Shown: positions 19,106 to 29,366, counted from the first letter of the stretch. The stretch is DNA of 64,000 bases from an uncultured delta proteobacterium (GCA_963778115.1 CAVZSV010000004.1:1760001-1824000), one strand, 5' to 3'. Translations and numbers: made by a program. Notes: generated by a model from the letters alone, not told the origin.

Positions 19106-19735
19106 ATGCAAGACGATCCCAGATTCCATAACCAGCTTCCCGGTCCCTACTCCGGTGAAAGCCCAAATCGCTATTTCTCCGATTACTGCGACACGTTACA
19201 GGCATCACTGAAGGCAGTTTCGGCCGAAAGCATTGATGCGGCGGCCCAAGCGATGCGTGAGGTACGAAACCGAAAGGGCAGGATTTTTGCCGGAGGCAAC
19301 GGCGGGTCTGCTGCCATTTCGGAGCATTTAAGCTGTGATTGGCAAAAAGGGGTTCACCTGCGAGGTCTTCCTTGTTTGAAAGTCCATTGTCTGACCTCCA
19401 ATACCGCGCTTTTTACGGCTATCGCCAATGACTTTGGCTATGCACAAACTTTCGCCTACCAGCTTGAGCTCGCGGAACTTAATGCCGACGATTTAATCAT
19501 CTTAATTTCCTCTTCGGGAAATAGTGAAAATGTCGTTCAAGCGGCCCAGTATGCTCGGGGTAAGCAATGCAAAGTGATAGCTCTTACTGGTTTTTCAGGG
19601 GGGAAATTAAAAGAAGCGGCTGATATTTCCCTTCATGTTCCCTTTTCCAATTATGGAGTAGTGGAAGACTGCCATCAAACGCTCATGCACTGTCTCGCTC
19701 AATATCACGATCTAAAAACTCGTGAAGGGCTCTAA
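19106..19735 (+). CDS. gmhA: SIS-domain phosphoheptose isomerase (GmhA-like)
   Basis: GNGGSAA..EH...D, TAIAND.GY, ISSSGNS.N, LTGFSGG, VED.H motifs. Confidence 0.85.
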   Translation: MQDDPRFHNQLPGPYSGESPNRYFSDYCDTLQASLKAVSAESIDAAAQAMREVRNRKGRIFAGGNGGSAAISEHLSCDWQKGVHLRGLPCLKVHCLTSNTALFTAIANDFGYAQTFAYQLELAELNADDLIILISSSGNSENVVQAAQYARGKQCKVIALTGFSGGKLKEAADISLHVPFSNYGVVEDCHQTLMHCLAQYHDLKTREGL

Positions 19736-19738
19736 GCA

Positions 19739-20719
19739 ATGAACCTGACCTTTAGTCCGCAAAGTCAGAAATCCCTTTATCAAAGCATGTTGCGTATCCG
19801 CCGAACGGAGGAGGAGATCGCCAGACGTTATAGCGAACAGCAAATGCGATGTCCTGTTCATTTGAGCATCGGCCAAGAGGCTGCAGCCGTCGGAGTCGCT
19901 TCGTGTTTGAGGCCAACGGATCTCATGGTGAGTACTCACCGCGCCCACGCGCACTATCTGGCCAAGGGCGGCAGACTCACCGGGCTTATTTCGGAACTTT
20001 ACGGAAAGGCCGATGGCTGTGCGCGGGGCCAAGGAGGATCCATGCATCTGGTGGACTGGTCCGCCGGATTTGCCGCTTCCACGTCTATCGTCGGCGGAAC
20101 TATTCCTATCGGCGTAGGTCTTGCTTTTGCGAGTCGGTTGCGAGGAGAAGATCAAGTCACCGCGATCTGCATCGGCGATGCCGCCCTCGAAGAGGGAGTC
20201 TTTCACGAAGCTGCCAATTTTGCGTCATTGCAAAAGCTGTCCGTTATTTTTGTCGTAGAGAACAACCTTTACTCTTGCTACACGTCTCTAAAAGAACGGC
20301 AGCCCCTGCGACCTCTAACCGATATCGCGCAAGGACACGGGCTTAGTCATGTCAGTAGGGACGGCAATGATTGCCAAGCCATCATGACTACTCTTTCTCC
20401 CCTGGTGGAAAAGGTCCGCAAGGGCCAAGGACCCCTCTTTCTGGAGCTAAAAACATACCGCCGTCTCGAACATTGCGGACCCAATAATGACGATCATTTA
20501 GGGTACCGCGACGTCAAAGAGACCGAACAATGGCGGGAGAAAGACCCGCTGGCGGTAGCTCGAACGCAATTAGAGGCTCAGGGTCTGTGGTCATCCCAAT
20601 TCGAACATCAGGTGGAAGAGCACGTTCGTCTTGAAGTGTTCGCTGCCTTCGACCATGCAATTAATAGCCCTTTCCCGGACCGAAAAGAGTTGGGAGCTTA
20701 TCTTTATGAGAGTCATTAG
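19739..20719 (+). CDS. TPP-dependent dehydrogenase E1 alpha-type subunit
   Basis: HLSIGQEA, STHR.H, GGSMH, GDAA.EEG...N (TPP motif), TYR..EHCG. Confidence 0.92.
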   Translation: MNLTFSPQSQKSLYQSMLRIRRTEEEIARRYSEQQMRCPVHLSIGQEAAAVGVASCLRPTDLMVSTHRAHAHYLAKGGRLTGLISELYGKADGCARGQGGSMHLVDWSAGFAASTSIVGGTIPIGVGLAFASRLRGEDQVTAICIGDAALEEGVFHEAANFASLQKLSVIFVVENNLYSCYTSLKERQPLRPLTDIAQGHGLSHVSRDGNDCQAIMTTLSPLVEKVRKGQGPLFLELKTYRRLEHCGPNNDDHLGYRDVKETEQWREKDPLAVARTQLEAQGLWSSQFEHQVEEHVRLEVFAAFDHAINSPFPDRKELGAYLYESH

Positions 20720-21761
20720 TTTCGTAGAAGCGTTGCGCGAAGCGACCGATCAACTTCTCTCTTCGGACCGATCCATCTACGTCATCGGAGAAGGAGTTCC
20801 GGACCCTAAAGCGATCTTCGGAAGTACTTCGCGATTGAAACAGGATCACCCTGATAGGGTTTTTGACATGCCGATTTCGGAAAATGGGCTTACCGGAGTC
20901 GTGATTGGCTCTAGCCTAAACGGCATGAAGCCCATCCTAGTCCATCAAAGAATGGATTTTACCCTCTATGCTTTGGATCAAATTATAAATAATGCGGCTA
21001 AGTGGTACAGCATGTTCGGTGGCCAAAAGTCGGTACCAATAGTGGTGCGCATGATTATCGGACGCGGGTGGGGACAGGGAAACCAACATTCCCAAAATCT
21101 AGAAGCGCTCTATGCCCACATCCCGGGACTTAAAGTAGTCGTTCCTTCCAGCGCTTATGCCGCCAAAGGACTTTTAATATCAGCGGTAGAAGATACCAAT
21201 CCCGTCATCTTCATCGAACACCGTTGGCTGCACAACACCACTTCGGATGTTCCCCAAGAAATATACCGAGTCCCCATCGGAATGGCTCGCGTGGTCCAAC
21301 CGGGAACAGATCTCACGATCGTCAGCTGGTCTTACATGACTCTCGAAGTGATGAAAGCCCGGGAATTTTTAGAGGCTCAAGGAATTTCCGTCGAGGTTTT
21401 AGATATGCAATCTCTAAGGCCCATGGACTGGCCCGCCATTTTAGAGTCGGTCCGAAAAACAGGACGCCTCTTAGTCGCCAACGATGCGTGGAAATCGGGT
21501 AGCTTGGCAGGTGAAGTGATAGCCCGAGTCTGTGAAGACGAGTCGGTAACGCTAAAGACTAGGCCTCACCGCATCACCTATCCCGACTTTCCCTCGCCTT
21601 CCACCCCCGGACTCGCCAAATTCTACTACAACGGTCCGCTCGAAATTGTCCGAGCCGTAGGCCAATTGATGGGTAGATCCCTCGATCTGAGCTCGGTCAT
21701 CGAATACCAATCTCGCCGAGTTCATGACGTTCCGGATCAGAACTTTAAGGGCCCGTTTTGA
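20706..21761 (+). CDS. TPP-dependent dehydrogenase E1 beta-type subunit
   Basis: D.PISE, DQIIN.AAK, G.QHSQ, PGLKVV.P, P.IFIEHR motifs. Probable start is ATG 20706, overlapping the alpha gene (track start 20631). Confidence 0.92.
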   Translation: MRVISFVEALREATDQLLSSDRSIYVIGEGVPDPKAIFGSTSRLKQDHPDRVFDMPISENGLTGVVIGSSLNGMKPILVHQRMDFTLYALDQIINNAAKWYSMFGGQKSVPIVVRMIIGRGWGQGNQHSQNLEALYAHIPGLKVVVPSSAYAAKGLLISAVEDTNPVIFIEHRWLHNTTSDVPQEIYRVPIGMARVVQPGTDLTIVSWSYMTLEVMKAREFLEAQGISVEVLDMQSLRPMDWPAILESVRKTGRLLVANDAWKSGSLAGEVIARVCEDESVTLKTRPHRITYPDFPSPSTPGLAKFYYNGPLEIVRAVGQLMGRSLDLSSVIEYQSRRVHDVPDQNFKGPF

Positions 21762-23953
21762 ACATTGCCTCATCAAAGAAAAAAACTCAGTGGATTGTAG
21801 CTGTCGTTCTCGTTTTTACCCAGGTACTAACCTGCTCTTTCATTCATAGCGAGGATTTCTGGCGGCTGCACTTTTTCGAAACGGGGGTGACAGCCTTCTT
21901 TTACCAGGTTTCGCGCTTAATTCTATTTACGTTGCTCCTATTATGGCCAGTCACTCTGGGACGAATCCTAGCGCGGCGTTTCTTTTCGTTTTCACGCCAT
22001 AAGACGGCGGATCTGGAGTTAGTGTTACACAGTTTTTTCTTAGGATCGGCAGCCCTTAACCTCTTGGGCGCCGTAATGGCGATCCTGGGACTTCTCTCTT
22101 GGCCACTGCTTCTTTTCCTAAGTATCGTCCTGTCCGCTTTGATACCGTTCATTCTTATCGACGACTTTTTTAGCTTAAAGAAAGAATGGCGGACCCTGCG
22201 AAAGTCTAAAGCGCAGGTAGCAGCGTACTGCCTTGTCTTTATTGAAGTGGGGTACTTGCTCCTCGCTAAAGGATTCCCCCCTGATCGCGACGCCGGCGAC
22301 ACCTTGGGCCACTATCTACCGTTCTTGCAGTCGGTGGTCGATCAAGGAAAGCTGTCTTGGCCTACCCCGTTTTACATCGATCTCTTTTTCCTCAAAGGGA
22401 TGGGATTCACGCTATCGGCGGCCTCTCTCACTGATATCAATGTGACTCAACTCATCTCTTACGCGTTTTATTTAATGGCGGGCGGCGTCCTCCTTTTCTG
22501 GTTGAGAAGGGCTTTCCAGAAAACAAACCCGTTATTCGTCCCCTTTGTCATGTTCTGTTACTTTTCAAGTAGCCTAATCCGGGGAATGGAATTTCAAAAA
22601 ATGCATGTCATGAGCGGAGCCTTTTTACTCTACTTAATGTTGGCTATCGGGCGTTGGTCCCACTTTGTAAAAGAGAAGCGTTACTTGCCCATGGTCCTTT
22701 TCATCACAAGCGCTTTCGCACTCATGAATCCCCCGTACATGATCTTCGTGGGAATATTGCTTTTTGTGGAAGGGTTGCTTTGCCTTAAACCTTTCGATCG
22801 CCCCCGCCTTACCCAGCTTTCTGTTATAGCGGCGACCGTTTTGCTTTCAGTAGCCTTTCTATTGAGCGCCAATTATCTCTTTACCGGAATCGCCGAGATA
22901 ACTCCTTTCTCCTCCGTTTTAAAATTATCTAGTTCCGCCAGGCGACCGGCGGGAATTTTGCTGTGGTATGTCCGCTATGTTTCTTTAGAAGGAGGAACCC
23001 GTGCGGGATCGCTACTTTCAGCCGGAGGAGGAGATCATTTTAAGTCGCTCTGGGGAATCTTAAGTGAGGGGCTATTGGGAGAAGCCCACTCGGCAATTAC
23101 TGCTATTTTTGCGCTTTTGGGGCTTGTAGTTGCCACAATTTTTACGGTACGAAGACTTTCCTCTCGAAAGGAACTACTGCGACAATTTTGGATGACCGTG
23201 GCATTTCTTCTGGTTCTCTTCATCACCAAAGGAATAGTCACGCAGACCTCTTTTGTTCGTGGACTCACTTTCCTTTCGGCACTTCAATGCTTCTTCTGGG
23301 CCACAATAGCGATAACTCTTAAACAAGCTTTGCCGCGTTCAGCACCGGGAAAATTCGGTGGTTATTTATGGATGCTTCTCCTTTTGCCTTTACTTTGGAT
23401 GGGCACGGTTCGGCTTTGGGATCTTGGCCAGTATTCCTTGGATTTGGCGACTGGCAGACTGAGCTTTGGAGAGTACTATGGCTTCTCGCTGTCGGATCCG
23501 TGTATTGAAGCGCGATCCAAAATCCAGCCGACAGAAAGATTAACTCTCCTTCACGTGATTGCGACGTGTGTCGGAAATCCCGTGGCAAGAGTAGATTATC
23601 CCGATCCCCAAAACTTCATGGATGGAGCTGAACCTATCTTTACCGAGGAACCCCATTTGGCCCGCAAGGCCTTCGAAAAACTAGGAGTAAACCATTTCCT
23701 TCTTATCCCCGGCGAGAGCATGTATTTCTTTGCGGCGATGCCGGTCTTTCAACCCGACTTTGTTAGAGAGAATCTAAAGTTTGAGACCAAACTTCGAAAC
23801 GGCTATTTGCTGACGTGGCGCAAGGAGGGAGAGGCCCCTTTAAGCGAAGGACTTCTTGAGATTTATCGAAAGGCCGTTGCCAACCCGCAAAATGCGACGG
23901 CTAAAGCCTTCTTCCAAGAGTGGGTGAGGCGCAGAAACGAGGGCGAGAGGTAA
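21758..23953 (+). CDS. Polytopic membrane protein, possibly a GT-C-fold glycosyltransferase
   Basis: Many TM helices, a D..GHYLP loop motif and a C-terminal soluble domain; overlaps the E1 beta stop and lies within the sugar cluster. Confidence 0.55.
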   Translation: MNIASSKKKTQWIVAVVLVFTQVLTCSFIHSEDFWRLHFFETGVTAFFYQVSRLILFTLLLLWPVTLGRILARRFFSFSRHKTADLELVLHSFFLGSAALNLLGAVMAILGLLSWPLLLFLSIVLSALIPFILIDDFFSLKKEWRTLRKSKAQVAAYCLVFIEVGYLLLAKGFPPDRDAGDTLGHYLPFLQSVVDQGKLSWPTPFYIDLFFLKGMGFTLSAASLTDINVTQLISYAFYLMAGGVLLFWLRRAFQKTNPLFVPFVMFCYFSSSLIRGMEFQKMHVMSGAFLLYLMLAIGRWSHFVKEKRYLPMVLFITSAFALMNPPYMIFVGILLFVEGLLCLKPFDRPRLTQLSVIAATVLLSVAFLLSANYLFTGIAEITPFSSVLKLSSSARRPAGILLWYVRYVSLEGGTRAGSLLSAGGGDHFKSLWGILSEGLLGEAHSAITAIFALLGLVVATIFTVRRLSSRKELLRQFWMTVAFLLVLFITKGIVTQTSFVRGLTFLSALQCFFWATIAITLKQALPRSAPGKFGGYLWMLLLLPLLWMGTVRLWDLGQYSLDLATGRLSFGEYYGFSLSDPCIEARSKIQPTERLTLLHVIATCVGNPVARVDYPDPQNFMDGAEPIFTEEPHLARKAFEKLGVNHFLLIPGESMYFFAAMPVFQPDFVRENLKFETKLRNGYLLTWRKEGEAPLSEGLLEIYRKAVANPQNATAKAFFQEWVRRRNEGER

Positions 23954-23955
23954 AA

Positions 23956-25497
23956 CTACTGCAAAGCGGCTTTGATAAATTTGAAATACGGCGGCTTCAT
24001 AATGGGAGTCCGATTGCATACTATCTCCACCGCCATCGCACCGGCGGCATTCCCGGCAAATCCCAAAATATCTAAATCTGTATTTCTAGCGGCCAGCATC
24101 GAGGTGACCGCATAATAGGCGTCTCCTGCCCCCACCCTATCTACTATTTTTGTTGAGAAACACGGAGTCTCGACCAATTTTTCACCGCCGCCCGTACAAG
24201 TAATCGAACCATTGTGACCTCGCGTAATCGTGATCGTGGTGTCCGCAGGATGAAGTGAGGCAAACCGTCTCACCAATTGGTGAATATCTCCGTATTTGTC
24301 TTCGAGTGCCAAACGAAGTTCAGGCTCGTCGATGGAAATGTAATGAGCCTTTTTGTATTTGGTGACCAAGTTATAGCCTTGATTGGCGCTATTGGTCTGA
24401 ACATTGATGCTTAGAAATCGAGAAGATTCCATCAGAAGATCGCGAATCTTAGGCGTCATCATACCGTGGCCGTAGTCCGCGACAAAAACCAAATCATAAT
24501 CGCCCACGACTTTCGCTAAATGTGAGCAGATCTCTTTTTCGACGTCTACTGGCAGGGGTTCGTCATTCAAAAAAGAGAGTTGAAACATTTTGGTGAGAAA
24601 AGCAGGCTCAACATAACGAGTCTTGGTGGTTGTAGGAGCATCCAACCGGTAGAAAAATTTGGCTTTCACCGTTTCGGTTAACTGCTGTTCGATTAAATCT
24701 TGTTTGGGATCTTTACTTCCCAGACAAGTAACCAAATCCACATTCTTGGAAAAAGAAGCGATATGGTTGGCGCAAGCGATGATTCCACCCGGGAACGTTT
24801 CCGAATTCAAAAATCTAGTCGAGACTATCGTCTCTTTAGGAGACTTTCCCAACGGCTGACAATAGACATATTCATCGACGATCGTGTCTCCAACGAGAAG
24901 GACTTTGAGATCCCTAAGCCCTTCCAGTTTTTCCACGAGTGAATCGACGTTGTGATTACTCTTGAAACCGGCCAAGAAAGTTCGTGCCTTTTCCGGATAG
25001 ACCCCGAAATAACTATTAATGAGTTGAGTCGAACTAAAAGTGACGTCGTTGGTAAAGTAGATCCTACCGCCATTTTTCTCAACAGCGGCTTCTTCCGCTC
25101 TAATGCCTTGAGTAATGTCTTTTTCGGGATCGGCATAGTCCGGCCCTTTGACATAAATATTGGGCTTGATGGCTTGGATGACTTCGACAGCCGTGGGCGT
25201 TTCGCTAATCACCACGTAATCCACCACAGCCAGGGCCGCCAAAGACTCGGCCCTTAACATTTCCGAAAAGGCCGGTCGTCCGGGCCCCTTATTGACGAAT
25301 TTGTCTTTCGTGAGCGAGACCACCAAAACATCACCAAAAGTCTTCGCTTCGCTCAGATGACGGATGTGTCCCGGATGAATGAGATCAAAGACCCCATGGC
25401 ATTGGATGATCTTTTTTCCCGCCTCTCGAAAGGGGGATAGAACGGCTTGGATTTGGGAGAAAGGGATGACTTTTGACCTGGTGTCTTCAGAGCTCAT
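23956..25497 (-). CDS. Bifunctional nucleotidyltransferase + PfkB-family kinase (HldE/RfaE-like, inverted domain order)
   Basis: N-terminal CHGVFDLIHPGH..HL, KGPGRP, YVKGPDY and FSST; C-terminal GD.IVDEY, DYGHG and DRVGAGDA. Confidence 0.9.
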   Translation of the reverse strand: MSSEDTRSKVIPFSQIQAVLSPFREAGKKIIQCHGVFDLIHPGHIRHLSEAKTFGDVLVVSLTKDKFVNKGPGRPAFSEMLRAESLAALAVVDYVVISETPTAVEVIQAIKPNIYVKGPDYADPEKDITQGIRAEEAAVEKNGGRIYFTNDVTFSSTQLINSYFGVYPEKARTFLAGFKSNHNVDSLVEKLEGLRDLKVLLVGDTIVDEYVYCQPLGKSPKETIVSTRFLNSETFPGGIIACANHIASFSKNVDLVTCLGSKDPKQDLIEQQLTETVKAKFFYRLDAPTTTKTRYVEPAFLTKMFQLSFLNDEPLPVDVEKEICSHLAKVVGDYDLVFVADYGHGMMTPKIRDLLMESSRFLSINVQTNSANQGYNLVTKYKKAHYISIDEPELRLALEDKYGDIHQLVRRFASLHPADTTITITRGHNGSITCTGGGEKLVETPCFSTKIVDRVGAGDAYYAVTSMLAARNTDLDILGFAGNAAGAMAVEIVCNRTPIMKPPYFKFIKAALQ

Positions 25498-25756
25498 ATT
25501 TCACGTCATTCCCCTGCTAGTCGGATAAAGCGTTCAGCCACGAATGGCAAGGAAAAACACCAGAGCTCTGTCTATCAAATGAGCTATGGTAACCCCAAGC
25601 GCGCTGCCCCCTTGCGTATTCCAGGGGTCTATTCACAAAGCGTTCTCTTTACCGCATCAATCTAGCCTCTCAAGGCTTGCCTCATAGGTATGTGAATTGC
25701 ACCCTATTTGCCCCGGGGAAGGAGGGGTATGTCTAGAATAGGAAGTAGCGATCGAC

Positions 25757-26896
25757 TTGAAAAAGTTTATTCTCATAGCGCTACTCTCTTATCCTTTTAG
25801 CCCTGCTCTCGCGGAGCCTCCTCCTGCGATCGCCGAGGCGCCCATTCGCCGATCCAGGATCGTTTATGTCGAGCGCGCTAACCCTTGCGATCCCGCTCTA
25901 AAACAACTCTTCGCGGAACTTATGGTCCACGCAAATGAGGACACCACTCGCGCTCCCGGCAACGGAGACTATCTCAATTTCTTGGTGTCTGTGGTTCCCG
26001 ACGAACACGGCGGTTATCAAGCAGTCCTTCTCAAATCCGCTCAGCCTAGCCTAAACGCCCACGTGGACCTAATGCAGGTGGCCCACCTACTCTCCAGAGA
26101 TACTGGAGGAGACGCTCGCGTGGTTCATGTCGGTGGCGGAGAGACGGTGGGAAACTATTCTGTTTTCATCGATACTGCGGGTACGTTTGCCGCAAGAAGC
26201 CTACCCAACAACTTAGATGAGGCGGTTAATTTAATCGAAGAGAGTTGGGTAGGACAGCAACTACTGGCCGGGCGAACTCCAAAAAGGGTTCACTACCAGG
26301 ACAGGGAGGGAAACGGCCATTTAAATCCCAGAATCCTTTCAAAGGGGGAACCTGGAGATGTCTATTCCGTTTTCCACGATGCTCGTAGTGGAATTGTCGC
26401 GATCTTGGGACCGTTTGAAGTGAGAAGGGCGTACTTGGCTACTGGCTCCACGGAAGCCACGGTGGACGATGAAATTCCACAGGATCTCTGGACTCCTATC
26501 GGTAGGGCTGAGAACGTAAATCCGATCTTGGCCCTCATCGATCTTCTCAAAGTCCCCGTACGAAATCCGTTAGCCCACGGCTCGCAACCGACCGGCCAAA
26601 ACGCGATCACCGACGGAAAGGTCTTTATTCCTAGTTACGTTCTTCCCGAAGGTTTTGGTCCCATCGAGGAAGTCTTACCGCCCAAGTTGCAAAAACTTCG
26701 CGATCTCTTAGTCAAAGCTAGAGATGGAAAGATCGATCCGCCTAACAAGACAGCACTTACTCCCTCTGAATTGACCATTTTGGACCAATATACTCGAGCC
26801 CTCCTGGCGGGTTTGAGCGATCCTCCGATAGAGGTGCACCATCTAGGAAGAGTGGAAAAAGGGACCGATGGATTGTGGCATATTGTTGGACCTTAG
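25757..26896 (+). CDS. Secreted hypothetical protein
   Basis: 379-aa ORF with a signal peptide; no family recognised. Confidence 0.7.
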   Translation: MKKFILIALLSYPFSPALAEPPPAIAEAPIRRSRIVYVERANPCDPALKQLFAELMVHANEDTTRAPGNGDYLNFLVSVVPDEHGGYQAVLLKSAQPSLNAHVDLMQVAHLLSRDTGGDARVVHVGGGETVGNYSVFIDTAGTFAARSLPNNLDEAVNLIEESWVGQQLLAGRTPKRVHYQDREGNGHLNPRILSKGEPGDVYSVFHDARSGIVAILGPFEVRRAYLATGSTEATVDDEIPQDLWTPIGRAENVNPILALIDLLKVPVRNPLAHGSQPTGQNAITDGKVFIPSYVLPEGFGPIEEVLPPKLQKLRDLLVKARDGKIDPPNKTALTPSELTILDQYTRALLAGLSDPPIEVHHLGRVEKGTDGLWHIVGP

Positions 26897-26910
26897 CCCT
26901 TGGTATTCGA

Positions 26911-27423
26911 CTATGACTTCTTTTTTTCTAATTCAAAGTGCTTGCAGGCCGTCGTGATGCCAAAGAAGGTCACCGAGACATCTTTCACGTAGCGAAAACC
27001 TAACTTCTCGAGCAGCTTTACCGCGGCAAGGTTTTCCTCATTAGTACCAGCGGTAATTCGACGAATGCCATGGTTGCGAAAGACGTCTTCGATTAGGGCT
27101 TTGGAAATTTCAAATCCCAATCCCTTGCCGTGAAACTCCTCATAAAAGACCCAGCCTAAATTTGCTTCGTTCTCGAAATATTTGATACCGGCAAATCCAA
27201 TAATCTTTTTCGTCGCTTTGTCTCGAATAAAGCCGGTCCCGAACCCATGAAATTTCCACTGTTCCACCGTGGCAGCGAGGATCGCTCGAGTGACTTCCGC
27301 GGTCCTTGCTCCCCCCATGTGTTTCATCGCTACGGGATCGGAATAGAGCGAAAATAAAAGAGAAAAATCTTGCGGCGTGGGCCTCAAGAACTCTAGCCGC
27401 TGAGTATGGAGATAGACGGACAT
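26911..27423 (-). CDS. GNAT acetyltransferase (RimJ/RimL type)
   Basis: T.RL, LGW, GKGLG.E and N.AA.KLLEKLGF motifs. Confidence 0.9.
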   Translation of the reverse strand: MSVYLHTQRLEFLRPTPQDFSLLFSLYSDPVAMKHMGGARTAEVTRAILAATVEQWKFHGFGTGFIRDKATKKIIGFAGIKYFENEANLGWVFYEEFHGKGLGFEISKALIEDVFRNHGIRRITAGTNEENLAAVKLLEKLGFRYVKDVSVTFFGITTACKHFELEKKKS

Positions 27424-27530
27424 TTTTAAATGATACCCACTTTTCTTAAGGTCTCATTCTTTATAGTTGACTCATGGCAACGCGTTCCTTAACGATGCCC
27501 ACCACGAGGGCAAAATTAGAGGTATTTCTT

Positions 27531-28256
27531 ATGAGAACCCTTTCCGCCTTTTTCTTCGCTGTTTCGATTTACTTAAACCCCGTTGTATTAGCCGACATCG
27601 TAAGCCAAACCAGTGACGACGCTCGAATTCTCCAAGCATGGAGAGGAACTGACCCGTTCACCCTTAACCTAGCTCATTGTACGGGCAAAGATCCCGCCAT
27701 AGGGAAATCAGGAACTAAAGACTGTTCAGAAGCGGCTCAGAAGTTGGCTCGACTTCCCGGAGCGGATCGCGATAGCCCCGCTCTTAACAGCTGGAATCTT
27801 CCGGTCGACAATAACGGAGGAAACGTCTCTTCCCGATTTTATGTGGGAAGCCTTGTGGAAATACGGGTGGTCGTAAAAAGTGCCGTCTTAAGTTCTAAGA
27901 CCTTCTCGGGAATCGGATTCTATTATGAGAATATGTTAGCCGATCAAACCACCTTCGTTCCCAAAGATAAATTACACATCGTCAGTACGAACGATGTCAC
28001 CCTGGCCTCCACGGGAGAAATGGCCAAAGTGCTTCGCTTCACCCTCTACATGCCGGGCGAACAAGGAAACTCAGCCACAGGTTGGTCGATGGACAGCGTC
28101 GAGTTTAAGCCTTTTGCGCAATTCGATGCGGACGGAAAGACCTATCAAAATTGGGATCCTTCCGCAAAAAACTACCGCATTTATCGAGAGAATAGCGGAG
28201 CTGGCGTCCCGCAAGTGACGACTCTGAATTTTGAATCTTCGCTTCTTAAGAAGTGA
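27531..28256 (+). CDS. Secreted hypothetical protein
   Basis: Signal peptide from ATG 27531 with a GAGG SD (track start 27474); beta-rich C-terminal domain. Confidence 0.7.
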   Translation: MRTLSAFFFAVSIYLNPVVLADIVSQTSDDARILQAWRGTDPFTLNLAHCTGKDPAIGKSGTKDCSEAAQKLARLPGADRDSPALNSWNLPVDNNGGNVSSRFYVGSLVEIRVVVKSAVLSSKTFSGIGFYYENMLADQTTFVPKDKLHIVSTNDVTLASTGEMAKVLRFTLYMPGEQGNSATGWSMDSVEFKPFAQFDADGKTYQNWDPSAKNYRIYRENSGAGVPQVTTLNFESSLLKK

Positions 28257-28268
28257 ACCGTCTTTTCT

Positions 28269-29366
28269 CTAATGACAGGCCGGTCCGGCACACCCTGAAG
28301 TGAGCCAGGTTTTCGCTTGAGTCACAAACTCGTTTCGTGCCGCCACCACAGCCGCGCTGTCAGAAGGATCGGGAGCGTTGAGATCAAAGTGATGTCCCGC
28401 TCCATCGATCATCAGAATTGAGATGGTGGTGTTCGAGTTGGTTTGTGTCGAAAGTCCCAGCGTCGTCCAGATGTCATCCGATCCGTAAGTGAATAAGATG
28501 TTCGAGGGTGCCCCGCTAGTGTTCGAGATAAAGGGCAGATCGTAGTCTTGATTGTAAGTCGTACTATTAAAGTAGGGAACATCGCCAAAGACTTGGCTAC
28601 ACAAAGACTGCCCAGGCAGATAGATGACAGAACCCGGAGTGGCTCCTTCCGCTTCCCAGAAACCAAGGAACGTGCAAGCTTGGTATGCCCACTGTCTCTC
28701 TCCCGTATCGCTGGAAGGATCGGTGGACTCAAGACTTGCTATATCCGGATCCGTGTTAAGGGGCGTTCCTATTCCCGAAATCATGGGAGCCGAAGAGGCC
28801 AAGGCACCCGCGACCAATTCCGGATGCTTCTGACGATAAAGGGCTGAAAGTGTCCCGGAGTAAGAACCTCCCACCGAAACCCATTGTCCAGTCCAGCCCT
28901 GGTTTTGAGTCATCCATCTTTGGAAGGTGGCCAAATCTTCCATCACATTATCGACAGTCAAATACTGCAAATGATCGGTGGAAAGATCCGAGAAAGGAAG
29001 ACTTTGCCCGTAGTAACGGTGTTCGAGATAGACCAGATTGGCGCCCAACGTCTTTGCCCATGGGATCGCATTGTCATTGAGAAAGTAACCTTGCTCGGCG
29101 TCGCCTTCTCCACAGATATGATAGATCACCGGGGCGTTGGTCGCGCTGGAAGCATACTCAGTATCCACCCAGTACCTTTGCGCAAAGGTCTGATCGCCAG
29201 CTTTGCCGAAATGATCGATATTTTGCTGAAATGTCCCCTCGACGAGGGCCGCAGGTTTTACAATGTTGACCGGTTTCTTGGGAGCGAAACGGATATGGTT
29301 ATCGTCCCAAGCGAACGAAAAAGAAGGCAATAAAAGTAGCATAGCGATGATGGTTGCGATTTTCAT
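28269..29366 (-). CDS. Secreted S28-family serine peptidase (prolylcarboxypeptidase/DPP2-like)
   Basis: Q.IDHF, F.QRY, GEG, EHRYYG.S.PF, L.YLT....EDLA.F, GGSYSG.L, ALASSAP and G.HH.DL. Start ATG 29366 gives a signal peptide. Confidence 0.92.
   Translation of the reverse strand: MKIATIIAMLLLLPSFSFAWDDNHIRFAPKKPVNIVKPAALVEGTFQQNIDHFGKAGDQTFAQRYWVDTEYASSATNAPVIYHICGEGDAEQGYFLNDNAIPWAKTLGANLVYLEHRYYGQSLPFSDLSTDHLQYLTVDNVMEDLATFQRWMTQNQGWTGQWVSVGGSYSGTLSALYRQKHPELVAGALASSAPMISGIGTPLNTDPDIASLESTDPSSDTGERQWAYQACTFLGFWEAEGATPGSVIYLPGQSLCSQVFGDVPYFNSTTYNQDYDLPFISNTSGAPSNILFTYGSDDIWTTLGLSTQTNSNTTISILMIDGAGHHFDLNAPDPSDSAAVVAARNEFVTQAKTWLTSGCAGPACH

Noticed and set aside
19739..21761. Annotation as housekeeping pdhA/pdhB
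   Set aside because: No E2/E3 or lipoyl domain is adjacent and the pair is embedded among sugar genes, so no gene symbol was assigned.
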